A DNA stretch of 64,000 bases, from positions 17,212 through 81,211 of the forward strand of contig JAZRWW010000024.1 in NCBI GenBank assembly GCA_045599865.1, in the 5' to 3' direction. Positions 54,133 through 62,906 of the stretch are shown piece after piece; within the stretch, counting starts at the first letter, position 1, and every line of letters starts with the position of its first letter. The stretch is from Thermoguttaceae bacterium. GTDB lineage: Bacteria > Planctomycetota > Planctomycetia > Pirellulales > Thermoguttaceae. A model generated the notes under the pieces. The model worked only from the letters and a program-made list of their open reading frames with translations, did not search any database and was not told where the DNA came from. Position numbers and translations under genes: made by a program.

Positions 54133-55614
54133 ATGAAAGTTGATAGTGTCTCGTTGCGTCGAGTCAATTCGGCGTTTGGAGTCGTCAAGACGCTGATGTG
54201 CGCGTTCCTTCTGCTGGGAATTTTCACCTGCTTCGCGCCGCAAGGAATGTGCCAGAATAACAATAACAACAATAACAATAACAATCGAAACAATAACAAC
54301 AATAATAATAACAATAACAACAATAACAACAATAACAACAATAATAACAACAACGGCAATTCCTATTCATACGTCGATTCCGGGGACTATGGATACAGGC
54401 GCGGTTATCGTAGTTCGGTCGGCGGCGTAATGATCGATGCGACCAGCGTTTTGCGTTCCGCCACGCAAGAAGAATTGCAACTTTCCGTTTCCGATTTGAA
54501 GTCGCAAATGGAAGCGATTCCGAGCGATTTGAACCAAGCGAGCGCGTCGCGTAAGATTTCGTTGCGCCGTTTGAACGAGTTTGTCGCTTCTTGTCGCGAA
54601 GCCGGAAAAGCTCTTCCAGATTCCGCGCGTTATCTTGGCGGTTTAACCTCGATCGATTACGTTGTCGCCGTTCCTGAAGAGAACGACGTTTATCTTGTCG
54701 GATCCGCCGAGCCTTGGACGATCGCCGAATCGGGCGAAGTCGTTGGCGTCAAGTCCGGCAAACCGATCTTCCAACTTGAAGATTTGCTCGTCGCTATGCG
54801 CGTAACGAGCGCCGAGAAGAGCGAGTTGATTTCTTGTTCGATCGATCCGACTCCTGAAGCCTTGAAACGTCTTGCCGCTCGCGACAATATCGCCGACGTC
54901 GACGCCAATATTGCGGCGATGGGCGAAATGATCGTCAATTTCACCGGCGCGCCCGCCGAGAGTCGTTTGGCGAACGTTTTGGTTGCCGCCGACTATCGAA
55001 TGAAACGCTTGAGCCTTGGATTTGACGAAGCCGCGATTAAGAATTTTGCTAGTTACTTTAGTATGGTTAAGCGCGGTTCCGGCGCTTCCGGGCAACGTTT
55101 CTGGATGGAACCGAAATACGACGCGCTCTATCGCGATTCCGAATCGCTTGTATGGAAGGTTTCCGATTCTTCCGTGGACGTGTTGACGGAAAGCGAATAC
55201 GTTTCCGCGAACGGCGTTCGTAAAGCGAATGATCGTAAGGATCCTGCGGCGCAACGTTGGGCTTCTAATATGACGCGTCGTTACGACGAGCTAGCTAAAG
55301 CGGAGCCAGTCTTTGCAGACGCCAAGAATTGTATGGACGTCGCGCTTGTCGCCGCGTTGATCTATCGCGAGAACCTGTTGCAAAAAGCCGGTTGTTCTAT
55401 CGACGAACTCGCTAGAGTAGAAACGTCCGAATACGTGGCGCCGGTCGCCGTTCAAAGCGATTCGCTCGTTCGCGCTTCGAATCGTTCCGTCGCTTCCGTT
55501 ACCGGCGGCGTTTTGATCGATCCTTGGAAAACGCTCGAGAACAACGTTAAGGTAGACGAAAAACTCGACGGTTTCGTGGTCGCGTTTAACGGTTCCAATT
55601 GGTACGCCGACTGA
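54133..55614 (+). CDS. Secreted hypothetical protein with post-signal poly-Asn tract
   Basis: ATG 54133 is preceded by GAGGA. Signal peptide 'VVKTLMCAFLLLGIFTCFAPQGMC'. N10-R-N22 follows, then a ~420-aa globular region. It may belong to a planctomycete-specific DUF, but I cannot confirm this. Confidence 0.65.
   Translation: MKVDSVSLRRVNSAFGVVKTLMCAFLLLGIFTCFAPQGMCQNNNNNNNNNNRNNNNNNNNNNNNNNNNNNNNNNGNSYSYVDSGDYGYRRGYRSSVGGVMIDATSVLRSATQEELQLSVSDLKSQMEAIPSDLNQASASRKISLRRLNEFVASCREAGKALPDSARYLGGLTSIDYVVAVPEENDVYLVGSAEPWTIAESGEVVGVKSGKPIFQLEDLLVAMRVTSAEKSELISCSIDPTPEALKRLAARDNIADVDANIAAMGEMIVNFTGAPAESRLANVLVAADYRMKRLSLGFDEAAIKNFASYFSMVKRGSGASGQRFWMEPKYDALYRDSESLVWKVSDSSVDVLTESEYVSANGVRKANDRKDPAAQRWASNMTRRYDELAKAEPVFADAKNCMDVALVAALIYRENLLQKAGCSIDELARVETSEYVAPVAVQSDSLVRASNRSVASVTGGVLIDPWKTLENNVKVDEKLDGFVVAFNGSNWYAD
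54256..54354 (+). repeat. (AAY)n trinucleotide tract encoding N10-R-N22
   Basis: 33 consecutive codons, of which 32 are AAT/AAC (mixed) and 1 is CGA. Confidence 0.95.
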
Positions 55615-55704
55615 CGCGTAGTTGCGTCGACGTTAAGGATTGACGCCGTAACGTCGACCTTTATAACGTAAAGTTGCGACGAATCGATCGTAGCAAATAA
55701 TTAC

Positions 55705-55733
55705 GACGCGCGTTTTTGGACGCGCGTTTTTTT
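55705..55733 (+). terminator. Intrinsic terminator after the poly-Asn protein gene
   Basis: CGCGCG-tttttgga-CGCGCG (self-complementary stems) followed by T7. Confidence 0.6.
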
Positions 55734-55874
55734 ATTTCTTGCGAGATTTTTATTGTAATTTGTCCTCGTCTTGAAAGAAAAAATAGGGTCGTTATAATTT
55801 GCGCTAGGAGACGCGTTGACTTAACGGCGCGCCCTTCGGTAACTTTAAGACCTAAAAAGAAAAGGTTTTCCGCG

Positions 55875-57371
55875 ATGTCTGAGAAAAAATACGATATTGG
55901 TTTGATGGGTCTGGCCGTTATGGGGCAGAATCTTGTGCTTAATATGGTCGATCACGGTTTTGACGTCGCCGTTTTCAATCGAACGACGAGCAAAGTGGAC
56001 GATTTTCTCGGAACGGAGGAAGCCAAATCGAAGGGCGACAAGTTGACGGGCGCGTATTCGCTGAAGGAACTTGTCTCGAAATTGAAGTCGCCCAGAAAGA
56101 TTATGCTAATGATTAAAGCCGGGGACGCCGTGCCCGCGCCGGAAATGAAGTTGTATCCGGAATCCTCGGCCGTCGACGCCGTAATTGAAGAATTGGTTCC
56201 TATGCTCGACAACGGCGACGTGATTATCGACGGCGGCAATACGCAATTCAAAGACACCGAACGAAGAACGCGTTACCTTGCGGCGCTTGGCGTTCGTTAT
56301 ATTGGAACGGGCGTTTCCGGAGGCGAGGAGGGCGCGCGTCGCGGTCCGAGTATGATGCCCGGCGGCGATCCCGCCGCGTGGCCGCTCGTCAAGCCGATTT
56401 TCCAATCGATTTCAGCAAAAGTTGGTCCGAATAAAGACGTTCCCTGTTGCGAATGGATCGGAGATCGCGGCGCCGGACACTATGTTAAAATGGTGCATAA
56501 CGGCGTCGAATACGGCGATATGCAACTGATCGGCGACGCGTATTGGGTTCTCAAGAACGCGCTTGGCGCCACAAACAAAGAACTCTACGAGATTTTCGCC
56601 GATTGGAATCGATCGGAACTCGACAGTTACTTGATCGAAATTACCCGCGATATTTTCACGGTCGACGATCCAGAAACGGGCGATCCTCTTGTCGATAAAA
56701 TTCTCGACGCGGCCGGCGCCAAGGGCACGGGCAAGTGGATGAGTCAACTTGCGCTCGACCTTGGCGTTCCTAGCACGTTGGTAACCGAAGCCGTTTACGC
56801 GCGTTCGATTTCGTCGATGAAAGCGCAACGCGTCGCCGCGTCCGGCGTCTTGGAAGGACCGAAAAACGTCAAATATCAAGGCGATCGCGCCGAGTTTGTT
56901 AATCAAGTGAAACAGGCGTTGTACGCGTCGAAAATTTGCAGTTACGCGCAAGGATTCGTTCAAATGCAGGCGGCCGCGAAAGAATACGGATGGGAACTCG
57001 ACTACGGCAAGATCGCTTTGTTGTGGCGAGGCGGTTGCATTATTCGCGCGGTCTTTCTTGAACGTATTAAAGAAGCGTTTGACGAAAACCCGAATCTTGA
57101 AAACTTGTTGCTCGCGCCTTATTTCAAAAACGCCGTCGAAAGCGCTCAAGGCGCTTGGAGAAACGTCGTGAAAACAGCCGTTGAGTTGGGGATTCCCGTT
57201 CCGGGGTTCTCGACCGCGCTCACCTATTTCGACTCCTATCGTTCCGAACGCTTGCCCGCCAATTTGATTCAGGCGCAACGCGACTATTTTGGAGCGCACA
57301 CTTACAAGCGCGTCGACAAACCCGGCGAAGGTTCTTTCCATACCGATTGGATTAACGTGAAAAAATCGTAA
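55875..57371 (+). CDS. gnd: 6-phosphogluconate dehydrogenase, decarboxylating
   Basis: 'IGLMGLAVMGQNLVLNMVDHGFDVAVFNRT' Rossmann N-terminus, 'IIDGGNT', 'GTGVSGGEEGARRGPSMMPGG', 'HYVKMVHNGVEYGDMQLI', 'LIQAQRDYFGAHTY'. The start is set at ATG 55875. Confidence 0.92.
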   Translation: MSEKKYDIGLMGLAVMGQNLVLNMVDHGFDVAVFNRTTSKVDDFLGTEEAKSKGDKLTGAYSLKELVSKLKSPRKIMLMIKAGDAVPAPEMKLYPESSAVDAVIEELVPMLDNGDVIIDGGNTQFKDTERRTRYLAALGVRYIGTGVSGGEEGARRGPSMMPGGDPAAWPLVKPIFQSISAKVGPNKDVPCCEWIGDRGAGHYVKMVHNGVEYGDMQLIGDAYWVLKNALGATNKELYEIFADWNRSELDSYLIEITRDIFTVDDPETGDPLVDKILDAAGAKGTGKWMSQLALDLGVPSTLVTEAVYARSISSMKAQRVAASGVLEGPKNVKYQGDRAEFVNQVKQALYASKICSYAQGFVQMQAAAKEYGWELDYGKIALLWRGGCIIRAVFLERIKEAFDENPNLENLLLAPYFKNAVESAQGAWRNVVKTAVELGIPVPGFSTALTYFDSYRSERLPANLIQAQRDYFGAHTYKRVDKPGEGSFHTDWINVKKS

Positions 57372-57437
57372 TTCAAACAAGTTGAACGTCTTGCGACGCG
57401 TTGTTGGACGACGCGCGTTGATCGTCAAAATCTCGAA

Positions 57438-57477
57438 ACTTGGCGTTTGGCATACTAACGGACGCCAAGTTTTTTTA
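57438..57477 (+). terminator. Intrinsic terminator of gnd
   Basis: ACTTGGCGT-ttggcatactaacgg-ACGCCAAGT followed by T7. Confidence 0.75.
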
Positions 57478-57597
57478 TTGCTTGACTCGTTCCAACAAAT
57501 TTTCGCTACTGCGTTTTGACAAATTGGATTTGTTTTCTTTCGTAAAATCCGGCGCTCGTTTTGGGTAAAAACGTAAATTCTCAGATCAAAACCCCTC

Positions 57598-57626
57598 TTG
57601 ACAAGGATGACGGAAAGTTTATTATA
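57598..57626 (+). promoter_or_regulatory. Candidate sigma70-like promoter upstream of the pyrophosphatase gene
   Basis: TTGACA (57598-57603), a 17-nt spacer, then ATTATA, with TATAAA 2 nt further on. It lies ~190 nt upstream of the ATG. This is sequence resemblance only, and planctomycete promoter rules are poorly known. Confidence 0.3.
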
Positions 57627-57815
57627 AATATAATGGTTTAATTTCGGTTGAAAATTTCGTAAAAACCTTAAGTTTTTAAGGAATTTGAACTGAACGTTCT
57701 CGTCGTTCGGAAAGATTTTTTTCGTTGCGTCGAGCGTGAAATTCGACTCAAATATGCTAACGGCGACGCCGTAACGCCGTCGTGAAACAGTCATAAATGG
57801 GGAGACCTTTCCATT

Positions 57816-60626
57816 ATGAAATTCTGTAAACGATCGTTTAATATTTTATCTTGGGGCGTTCTTGTTTTAGCCTTTGCGTTCGGGACAAACGGCTCTTTTT
57901 CGAAGTTCGCATATTCACAAGACGTTGCTCCCGACGCCGTTGTAAACGTCGATACTGCAAACGCCGACGCCGCGCCGAACGCCGAATCGCAAAGCGTTCA
58001 AGCGGCGATCGAGGTTACGAACGTCGATTCCGTTCCTAGCGCGTCCGACGCCCAATCCGACGGACGAATTGGCTTTTTTTCTTCTCTATTCGGTTATCTT
58101 TGGATCGTCGCGTTGCTTTGCGCCGTCGCGTCCCTTTATTTCGCTTTGCGTTTTTATAAGGAGATGAAGCTGAAGGATGAAGGAACGCCCGAAATGATTA
58201 AGATCGCCGCCGCTGTTCGTAAGGGAGCGCGAGCGTATCTTAGACAACAATACAAAGTCGTCGCGGTCTTCTTCGTCGTTATTTGGGCTCTTTTGATGTG
58301 GCTCGCTTGGGGACCGGGCGTGCAAAATAAAATCGTTCCTTGGGCGTTCCTAACGGGCGGGTTCTTTTCGGGTCTTGCCGGTTGGTTCGGTATGAAGACG
58401 GCGACTTGGGCTTCTTCGCGAACGGCGGCAGGCGCTCAAAAGTCTTTGAACGAAGGACTTCAAATCGCGTTTCGATCCGGCGCCGTTATGGGGCTTACCG
58501 TCGTCGGACTTGGACTTCTCGACGTCGTTCTTTGGTTTGGCGTCCTTTATTGGATATTCCCGCTGTTTCATTGGACGATGGAACTGACGGAAATTACCGT
58601 CGTTATGCTTTGCTTTGGCATGGGCGCGTCTTCGCAGGCGTTATTCGCGCGCGTCGGCGGCGGTATTTATACGAAGGCGGCCGACGTCGGAGCGGATCTT
58701 GTCGGCAAAGTTGAAGCCGGTATTCCCGAAGACGACCGACGCAATCCCGCGACGATCGCCGACAACGTGGGCGACAACGTGGGCGACGTCGCCGGCATGG
58801 GCGCCGACTTGTACGAATCTTACTGCGGGTCTATTCTTTCCGCCGCCGCGTTGGGCGTCGCCGCTTACGCCGGTATGGGCGCCGATACGAAAACGCAGAT
58901 GTGCGCGCTCTTCCTTCCTATTTTTCTTGCCGCGATCGGGATTGCTTTGTCGATTTTTGGCGTTTTTCTCGTCAAGACCGATGAAAAAGCCGACCAAGGA
59001 ACGTTGCTCAAAGCGCTTGGCAAGGGCGTTAATTTGCCTTCGCTTATTATTGCCGTTTTTTCGCTTGTCGTTTCGCTGTTGATGTTGCCCGGTTCCGCGA
59101 AATGGGCGGGCGCGTCGGTCGTCGTCGGGCTTTTAGCCGGTTGGTTGATCGGAAAATGGACCGAATATCGAACTTCCTACGAATACAAACCGACGAAAAA
59201 TATCGCGCGACAAGGACGCACCGGCGCCGCGACCGTTATTATCTCCGGTATCGCCGAAGGCATGTATAGCGTTTGGGCGCCCGTCGTTATCGTCGGCGTC
59301 GCGACGATACTTTCCTTTGGTTTTACGACCGGCTTTGATTTCACGAACGTTAAAACTTTTTCGCTTGGTCTTTACGGCGTGGGCGTCGCGGCCGTCGGAA
59401 TGCTTTCCACGCTTGGCGTCACTCTTGCTACCGACGCTTACGGACCGATCGCGGACAACGCGGGCGGAAACGCCGAGATGTCCGGTTTGCCGGAAGAAGT
59501 ACGCGAGCGTACCGACGCTCTTGACTCGCTTGGCAATACGACCGCCGCGACGGGCAAAGGTTTTGCTATCGGGAGCGCCGCGTTGACGGCGTTGGCTCTT
59601 TTGGCGGCGTATGTAGAAGAAGTTCGCGTCGGATTTGAACGATGGGGCGCCTCGGAAGTCAAACGACTTGAGACGAACGATTCGAACCAACCCGGTTATT
59701 ACAAGATTTCCGACAGTTTTGTGCTTTATTATCCCGGCAAAGAACTTGCCGAAGCGCAAAAAGCGGAATACAAAAAGACTGGGCGCGAGTGGTTCCCCGA
59801 AACGTATCTTGTCCTTCCGAATCAGGCGAAGAATCCGAACGAGGATTCGCCGATTTACCGAGGAGCCGCGACGACTTGGAAAGAGTCGAACGAAAAGTGG
59901 GCGAATTTGAATTGCGCCGACGCGCCCGCGTTTATCGACGCGGAAGTCGCAAAAGCCTGTCCGTTTGTGCCCGCGACTTCAAGCGAAAAGCCGGAGATGA
60001 TTCGCGTGAAGTCGGCGACGATGGCGGATTGGATGAATTACTATTCGTGTAATTTGATCAATCCGAAGGTTCTTGTCGGCGTCTTCCTTGGCGCGATGAC
60101 CGTTTTTGTTTTCGGCGCTTTGACGATGCTTGCCGTCGGACGCGCCGCCTCGGGTATGGTCGAGGAAGTGCGCCGTCAATTCCGCGAAATCGACGGAATT
60201 ATGGAGTATAAGAACGACCCCGACTACGAACGTCCCGTCGCGATTTCAACGCGCGCCGCGCAACGCGAGATGATTATTCCGTCCTTGTTAGGGCTTGTTA
60301 TGCCGATCGTCGTCGGTTTGCTTCTTGGCGTTACGGGCGTTTTAGGTCTGCTCGTCGGCGCATTGACGACCGGATTCTGCGTCGCCGTCTATATGGCGAA
60401 CGCGGGCGGCGCTTGGGACAACGCTAAAAAATACGTCGAATCCGGCGCCGAGCCGGAACTTGGCGGCAAGAAGTCCGAAACGCATAAAGCGACCGTCGTC
60501 GGCGACACCGTCGGCGATCCGTTCAAAGACACGACTGGACCGTCTCTTAACATTATCATCAAGTTGATGAGCATGGTTTCCGTCGTCGCGGCGGGATTTA
60601 TCGTCGCATACGGAGGATGGTTCTAA
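57816..60626 (+). CDS. hppA: Membrane-bound ion-translocating pyrophosphatase (K+-dependent-type signature), with N-terminal extension and a large loop insertion
   Basis: 'GGIYTKAADVGADLVGKVE', 'DNVGDNVGDVAGMGADLYES', 'GNTTAATGKGFAIGSAAL', 'EVRRQF', 'DTVGDPFKDTTGPSLN'. At 936 aa it is longer than the usual ~660-800 aa. Confidence 0.9.
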   Translation: MKFCKRSFNILSWGVLVLAFAFGTNGSFSKFAYSQDVAPDAVVNVDTANADAAPNAESQSVQAAIEVTNVDSVPSASDAQSDGRIGFFSSLFGYLWIVALLCAVASLYFALRFYKEMKLKDEGTPEMIKIAAAVRKGARAYLRQQYKVVAVFFVVIWALLMWLAWGPGVQNKIVPWAFLTGGFFSGLAGWFGMKTATWASSRTAAGAQKSLNEGLQIAFRSGAVMGLTVVGLGLLDVVLWFGVLYWIFPLFHWTMELTEITVVMLCFGMGASSQALFARVGGGIYTKAADVGADLVGKVEAGIPEDDRRNPATIADNVGDNVGDVAGMGADLYESYCGSILSAAALGVAAYAGMGADTKTQMCALFLPIFLAAIGIALSIFGVFLVKTDEKADQGTLLKALGKGVNLPSLIIAVFSLVVSLLMLPGSAKWAGASVVVGLLAGWLIGKWTEYRTSYEYKPTKNIARQGRTGAATVIISGIAEGMYSVWAPVVIVGVATILSFGFTTGFDFTNVKTFSLGLYGVGVAAVGMLSTLGVTLATDAYGPIADNAGGNAEMSGLPEEVRERTDALDSLGNTTAATGKGFAIGSAALTALALLAAYVEEVRVGFERWGASEVKRLETNDSNQPGYYKISDSFVLYYPGKELAEAQKAEYKKTGREWFPETYLVLPNQAKNPNEDSPIYRGAATTWKESNEKWANLNCADAPAFIDAEVAKACPFVPATSSEKPEMIRVKSATMADWMNYYSCNLINPKVLVGVFLGAMTVFVFGALTMLAVGRAASGMVEEVRRQFREIDGIMEYKNDPDYERPVAISTRAAQREMIIPSLLGLVMPIVVGLLLGVTGVLGLLVGALTTGFCVAVYMANAGGAWDNAKKYVESGAEPELGGKKSETHKATVVGDTVGDPFKDTTGPSLNIIIKLMSMVSVVAAGFIVAYGGWF

Positions 60627-60778
60627 GAGATTTTTTATCGACCTGATTCCGTTTTAACGTTCGGACGATAGCGTCCGAAAAACTTCAAACGTCCGAATTC
60701 GTTTTTCCTAGGAATTACGTTATTCGGGCGTTTTTCGCTTAATAGAGGCGCGCGTCGCTTGACGCCGACTCAAAAAAG

Positions 60779-62809
60779 TTGTATACCATAGAAACGCGTT
60801 TAACGTTGAACGCGTTGTGGTTTAGTTATACGATAAGCAGGGAGTTTTCTTTGGGCGCGATTCCTTCAGGCGCAAAGCGATTTTTTGATCGTTGTCTTCC
60901 TTTCACGACAAACGGAAGATTGGCGAATTGGTCGTATGAGTTGGATCGAGTCAACGCGCTCGAGCCAAAATTTCAAAAATTGAACGATTCCGAATTGCGA
61001 AAGTACAGTCTGTCTTTACGCTATCGAGCGAGAAGCGGCGAGCCGCTGGCGCGACTGTTGCCGGAAGCGTGCGCGCTGGTGCGCGAGGCGGGAAATCGAA
61101 CGATCGGCATGAGGCACTTCGACGTACAGATTCTCGGCGGCGTCGCGATTTTCAATCGTTCGATCGTCGAAATGCAAACGGGCGAAGGCAAGACTCTTAC
61201 GGCGACGGCGCCTATGTATTTGCGCGCGTTGGCGGGCAAAGGCGCGTTGTTGGCGACCGTCAACGATTATCTTGCCGCGCGCGACGCCGAATTGATGGGA
61301 CCGATCTATAAGGCGCTTGGTATGAAGGTCGGCGTTATTCAGACGCAACAACCGACCGACCAACGGCGTCAAGCCTACGATTGCGACGTTACATACGGCA
61401 CCGCTAAAGAGTTTGGATTTGATTTTTTGCGCGACAGGCTTCTTTTGCGTCGTATTCGCGAAGGTCAGACGGACTTGCTCGGCGCGATGTTGCGCGAACA
61501 ACGCGACACGAACGAAAAACCGACGCAACGCCAAGAACCCTATTTCTGTCTAGTAGACGAAGCCGACTCGATTCTAATCGACGAAGCTAGCACGCCGCTT
61601 ATTATTAGCGCGTTGCCTACCGACGAGCAAAAACAGGAAGTCGAAGCCTACAAATGGGCGGCGGATTCTATTTACGAATTTATTGAAGACGAAGACTATA
61701 CTTACGATCACGAAAAAAGAGAAGTCGAATTGACGCGCGAAGGTCGGCTTAAAGCGCGACGTCTACCTAAGCCGGACGCGATGAATTCGACGGGACTTTA
61801 TCATATTTACGAATACGTTAAGCGCGCTATCAAGGTCGATCGCGAATTTCACCTTGATCAACAATACGTCGTTCGCGACGGCGAGATCGTTATTGTCGAC
61901 GAATTTACCGGACGACTAGGCGAAGGACGCAAGTGGCGCGAAGGCATTCACCAAGCCGTCGAAGCGAAAGAGGGCGTCGAAATTACTATCGCGACTGGAC
62001 AGGCGGCGCGCGTTACCGTGCAAGACTTTTTCTTGCGTTTCAACCATTTGGCGGGTATGACGGGAACCGCGCGAACGTCGAAAGCGGAACTCTCGCGAAT
62101 TTACAAGTGCCACGTGATACCCGTTCCGACAAACCGACCGCCGCGACGCGTTAAATTGCCGACGCGCGTTTTTGCGTCGGAACGCGCCAAGTGGAACGCG
62201 ATCATTGAGGAAATTTCCGATTTGCACAACGCCGGACGTCCCGTTTTGGTCGGTACGAGAACGATCGACAAGTCCGAAATCTTGTCGGGACTTCTTACCG
62301 AACGAAAATTCGAACATTGCGTTCTTAACGCGAATCGTATTGCGGAAGAAGCGGAAATTGTCGCCGACGCCGGTCGTTGGGGAAAAATTACCGTTTCCAC
62401 GAATATGGCCGGTCGAGGAACCGACATTAAACTGCCCCCGGAAGTTTTGGAAATTGGGGGCTTAGACGTCGTTTGCACTGAAGTTCACGAGTCCGCGCGC
62501 ATCGACCGACAGTTGATCGGACGTTGCGGACGACAAGGCGATCCGGGCTCTTATCGGCAATACCTTTCTTTGGAAGACGAAATTTTGGAGAAGGCGTTCG
62601 GTCCTAAAAAAGCGGACAAAATTAAAGCGAAGGGAAAGAAAGACCCCGACAAGGAAATGCCGGAAAAAGTCGGGTTGTTCTATCGAGCCCAAAAAAAGGT
62701 CGAAAAAAAGAACTATCGCAACCGAAAGACGATGCTTTATTACGAAAAAGAACGAAAAAAGATGCAACGAGGAATGGGGCAGGATCCGTATTTGGACACG
62801 CCGAACTAG
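60779..62809 (+). CDS. secA: Short SecA paralogue (SecA2-like; DEAD motor, preprotein cross-linking domain (PPXD) and start of the helical scaffold only)
   Basis: 'GMRHFDVQILGGVAIFNRSIVEMQTGEGKTLTATAPMYLRAL', 'TVNDYLAARDAE', 'CLVDEADSILIDEASTPLIIS', 'LAGMTGTA', 'TNMAGRGTDIKL', 'GRCGRQGDPGSYRQYLSLEDEIL'. The protein ends ~75 aa after motif VI. The start is uncertain (TTG 60779, or TTG 60851 after GGGAG). Confidence 0.8.
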   Translation: MYTIETRLTLNALWFSYTISREFSLGAIPSGAKRFFDRCLPFTTNGRLANWSYELDRVNALEPKFQKLNDSELRKYSLSLRYRARSGEPLARLLPEACALVREAGNRTIGMRHFDVQILGGVAIFNRSIVEMQTGEGKTLTATAPMYLRALAGKGALLATVNDYLAARDAELMGPIYKALGMKVGVIQTQQPTDQRRQAYDCDVTYGTAKEFGFDFLRDRLLLRRIREGQTDLLGAMLREQRDTNEKPTQRQEPYFCLVDEADSILIDEASTPLIISALPTDEQKQEVEAYKWAADSIYEFIEDEDYTYDHEKREVELTREGRLKARRLPKPDAMNSTGLYHIYEYVKRAIKVDREFHLDQQYVVRDGEIVIVDEFTGRLGEGRKWREGIHQAVEAKEGVEITIATGQAARVTVQDFFLRFNHLAGMTGTARTSKAELSRIYKCHVIPVPTNRPPRRVKLPTRVFASERAKWNAIIEEISDLHNAGRPVLVGTRTIDKSEILSGLLTERKFEHCVLNANRIAEEAEIVADAGRWGKITVSTNMAGRGTDIKLPPEVLEIGGLDVVCTEVHESARIDRQLIGRCGRQGDPGSYRQYLSLEDEILEKAFGPKKADKIKAKGKKDPDKEMPEKVGLFYRAQKKVEKKNYRNRKTMLYYEKERKKMQRGMGQDPYLDTPN

Positions 62810-62854
62810 AATCGCGGTCGTTTACTCGCGTCGTTTTTTACTATTTAGCGCCGC

Positions 62855-62899
62855 CGCGTTCGTTCCGTTTACGGGAATGAACGCGTCGCGTTTTCTTTT
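62855..62899 (+). terminator. Candidate terminator between convergent secA-like and nqrF genes
   Basis: Long imperfect hairpin CGCGTTCGTTCCG-ttta-CGGGAATGAACGCG followed by a T-rich run (gttttctttt). Confidence 0.4.
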
Positions 62900-62906
62900 G
62901 GCGCGA

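Noticed and set aside
54021-54359. 112-aa minus-strand ORF with a long poly-Leu run
   Set aside because: The poly-Leu is simply the reverse complement of the (AAY)n poly-Asn tract (GTT/ATT read in another frame as TTG/TTA). The plus-strand gene has a signal peptide and a long globular continuation.
56412-57794. 460-aa minus-strand ORF
   Set aside because: It is antisense to gnd and extends over the gnd terminator and the intergenic region. No motifs were found.
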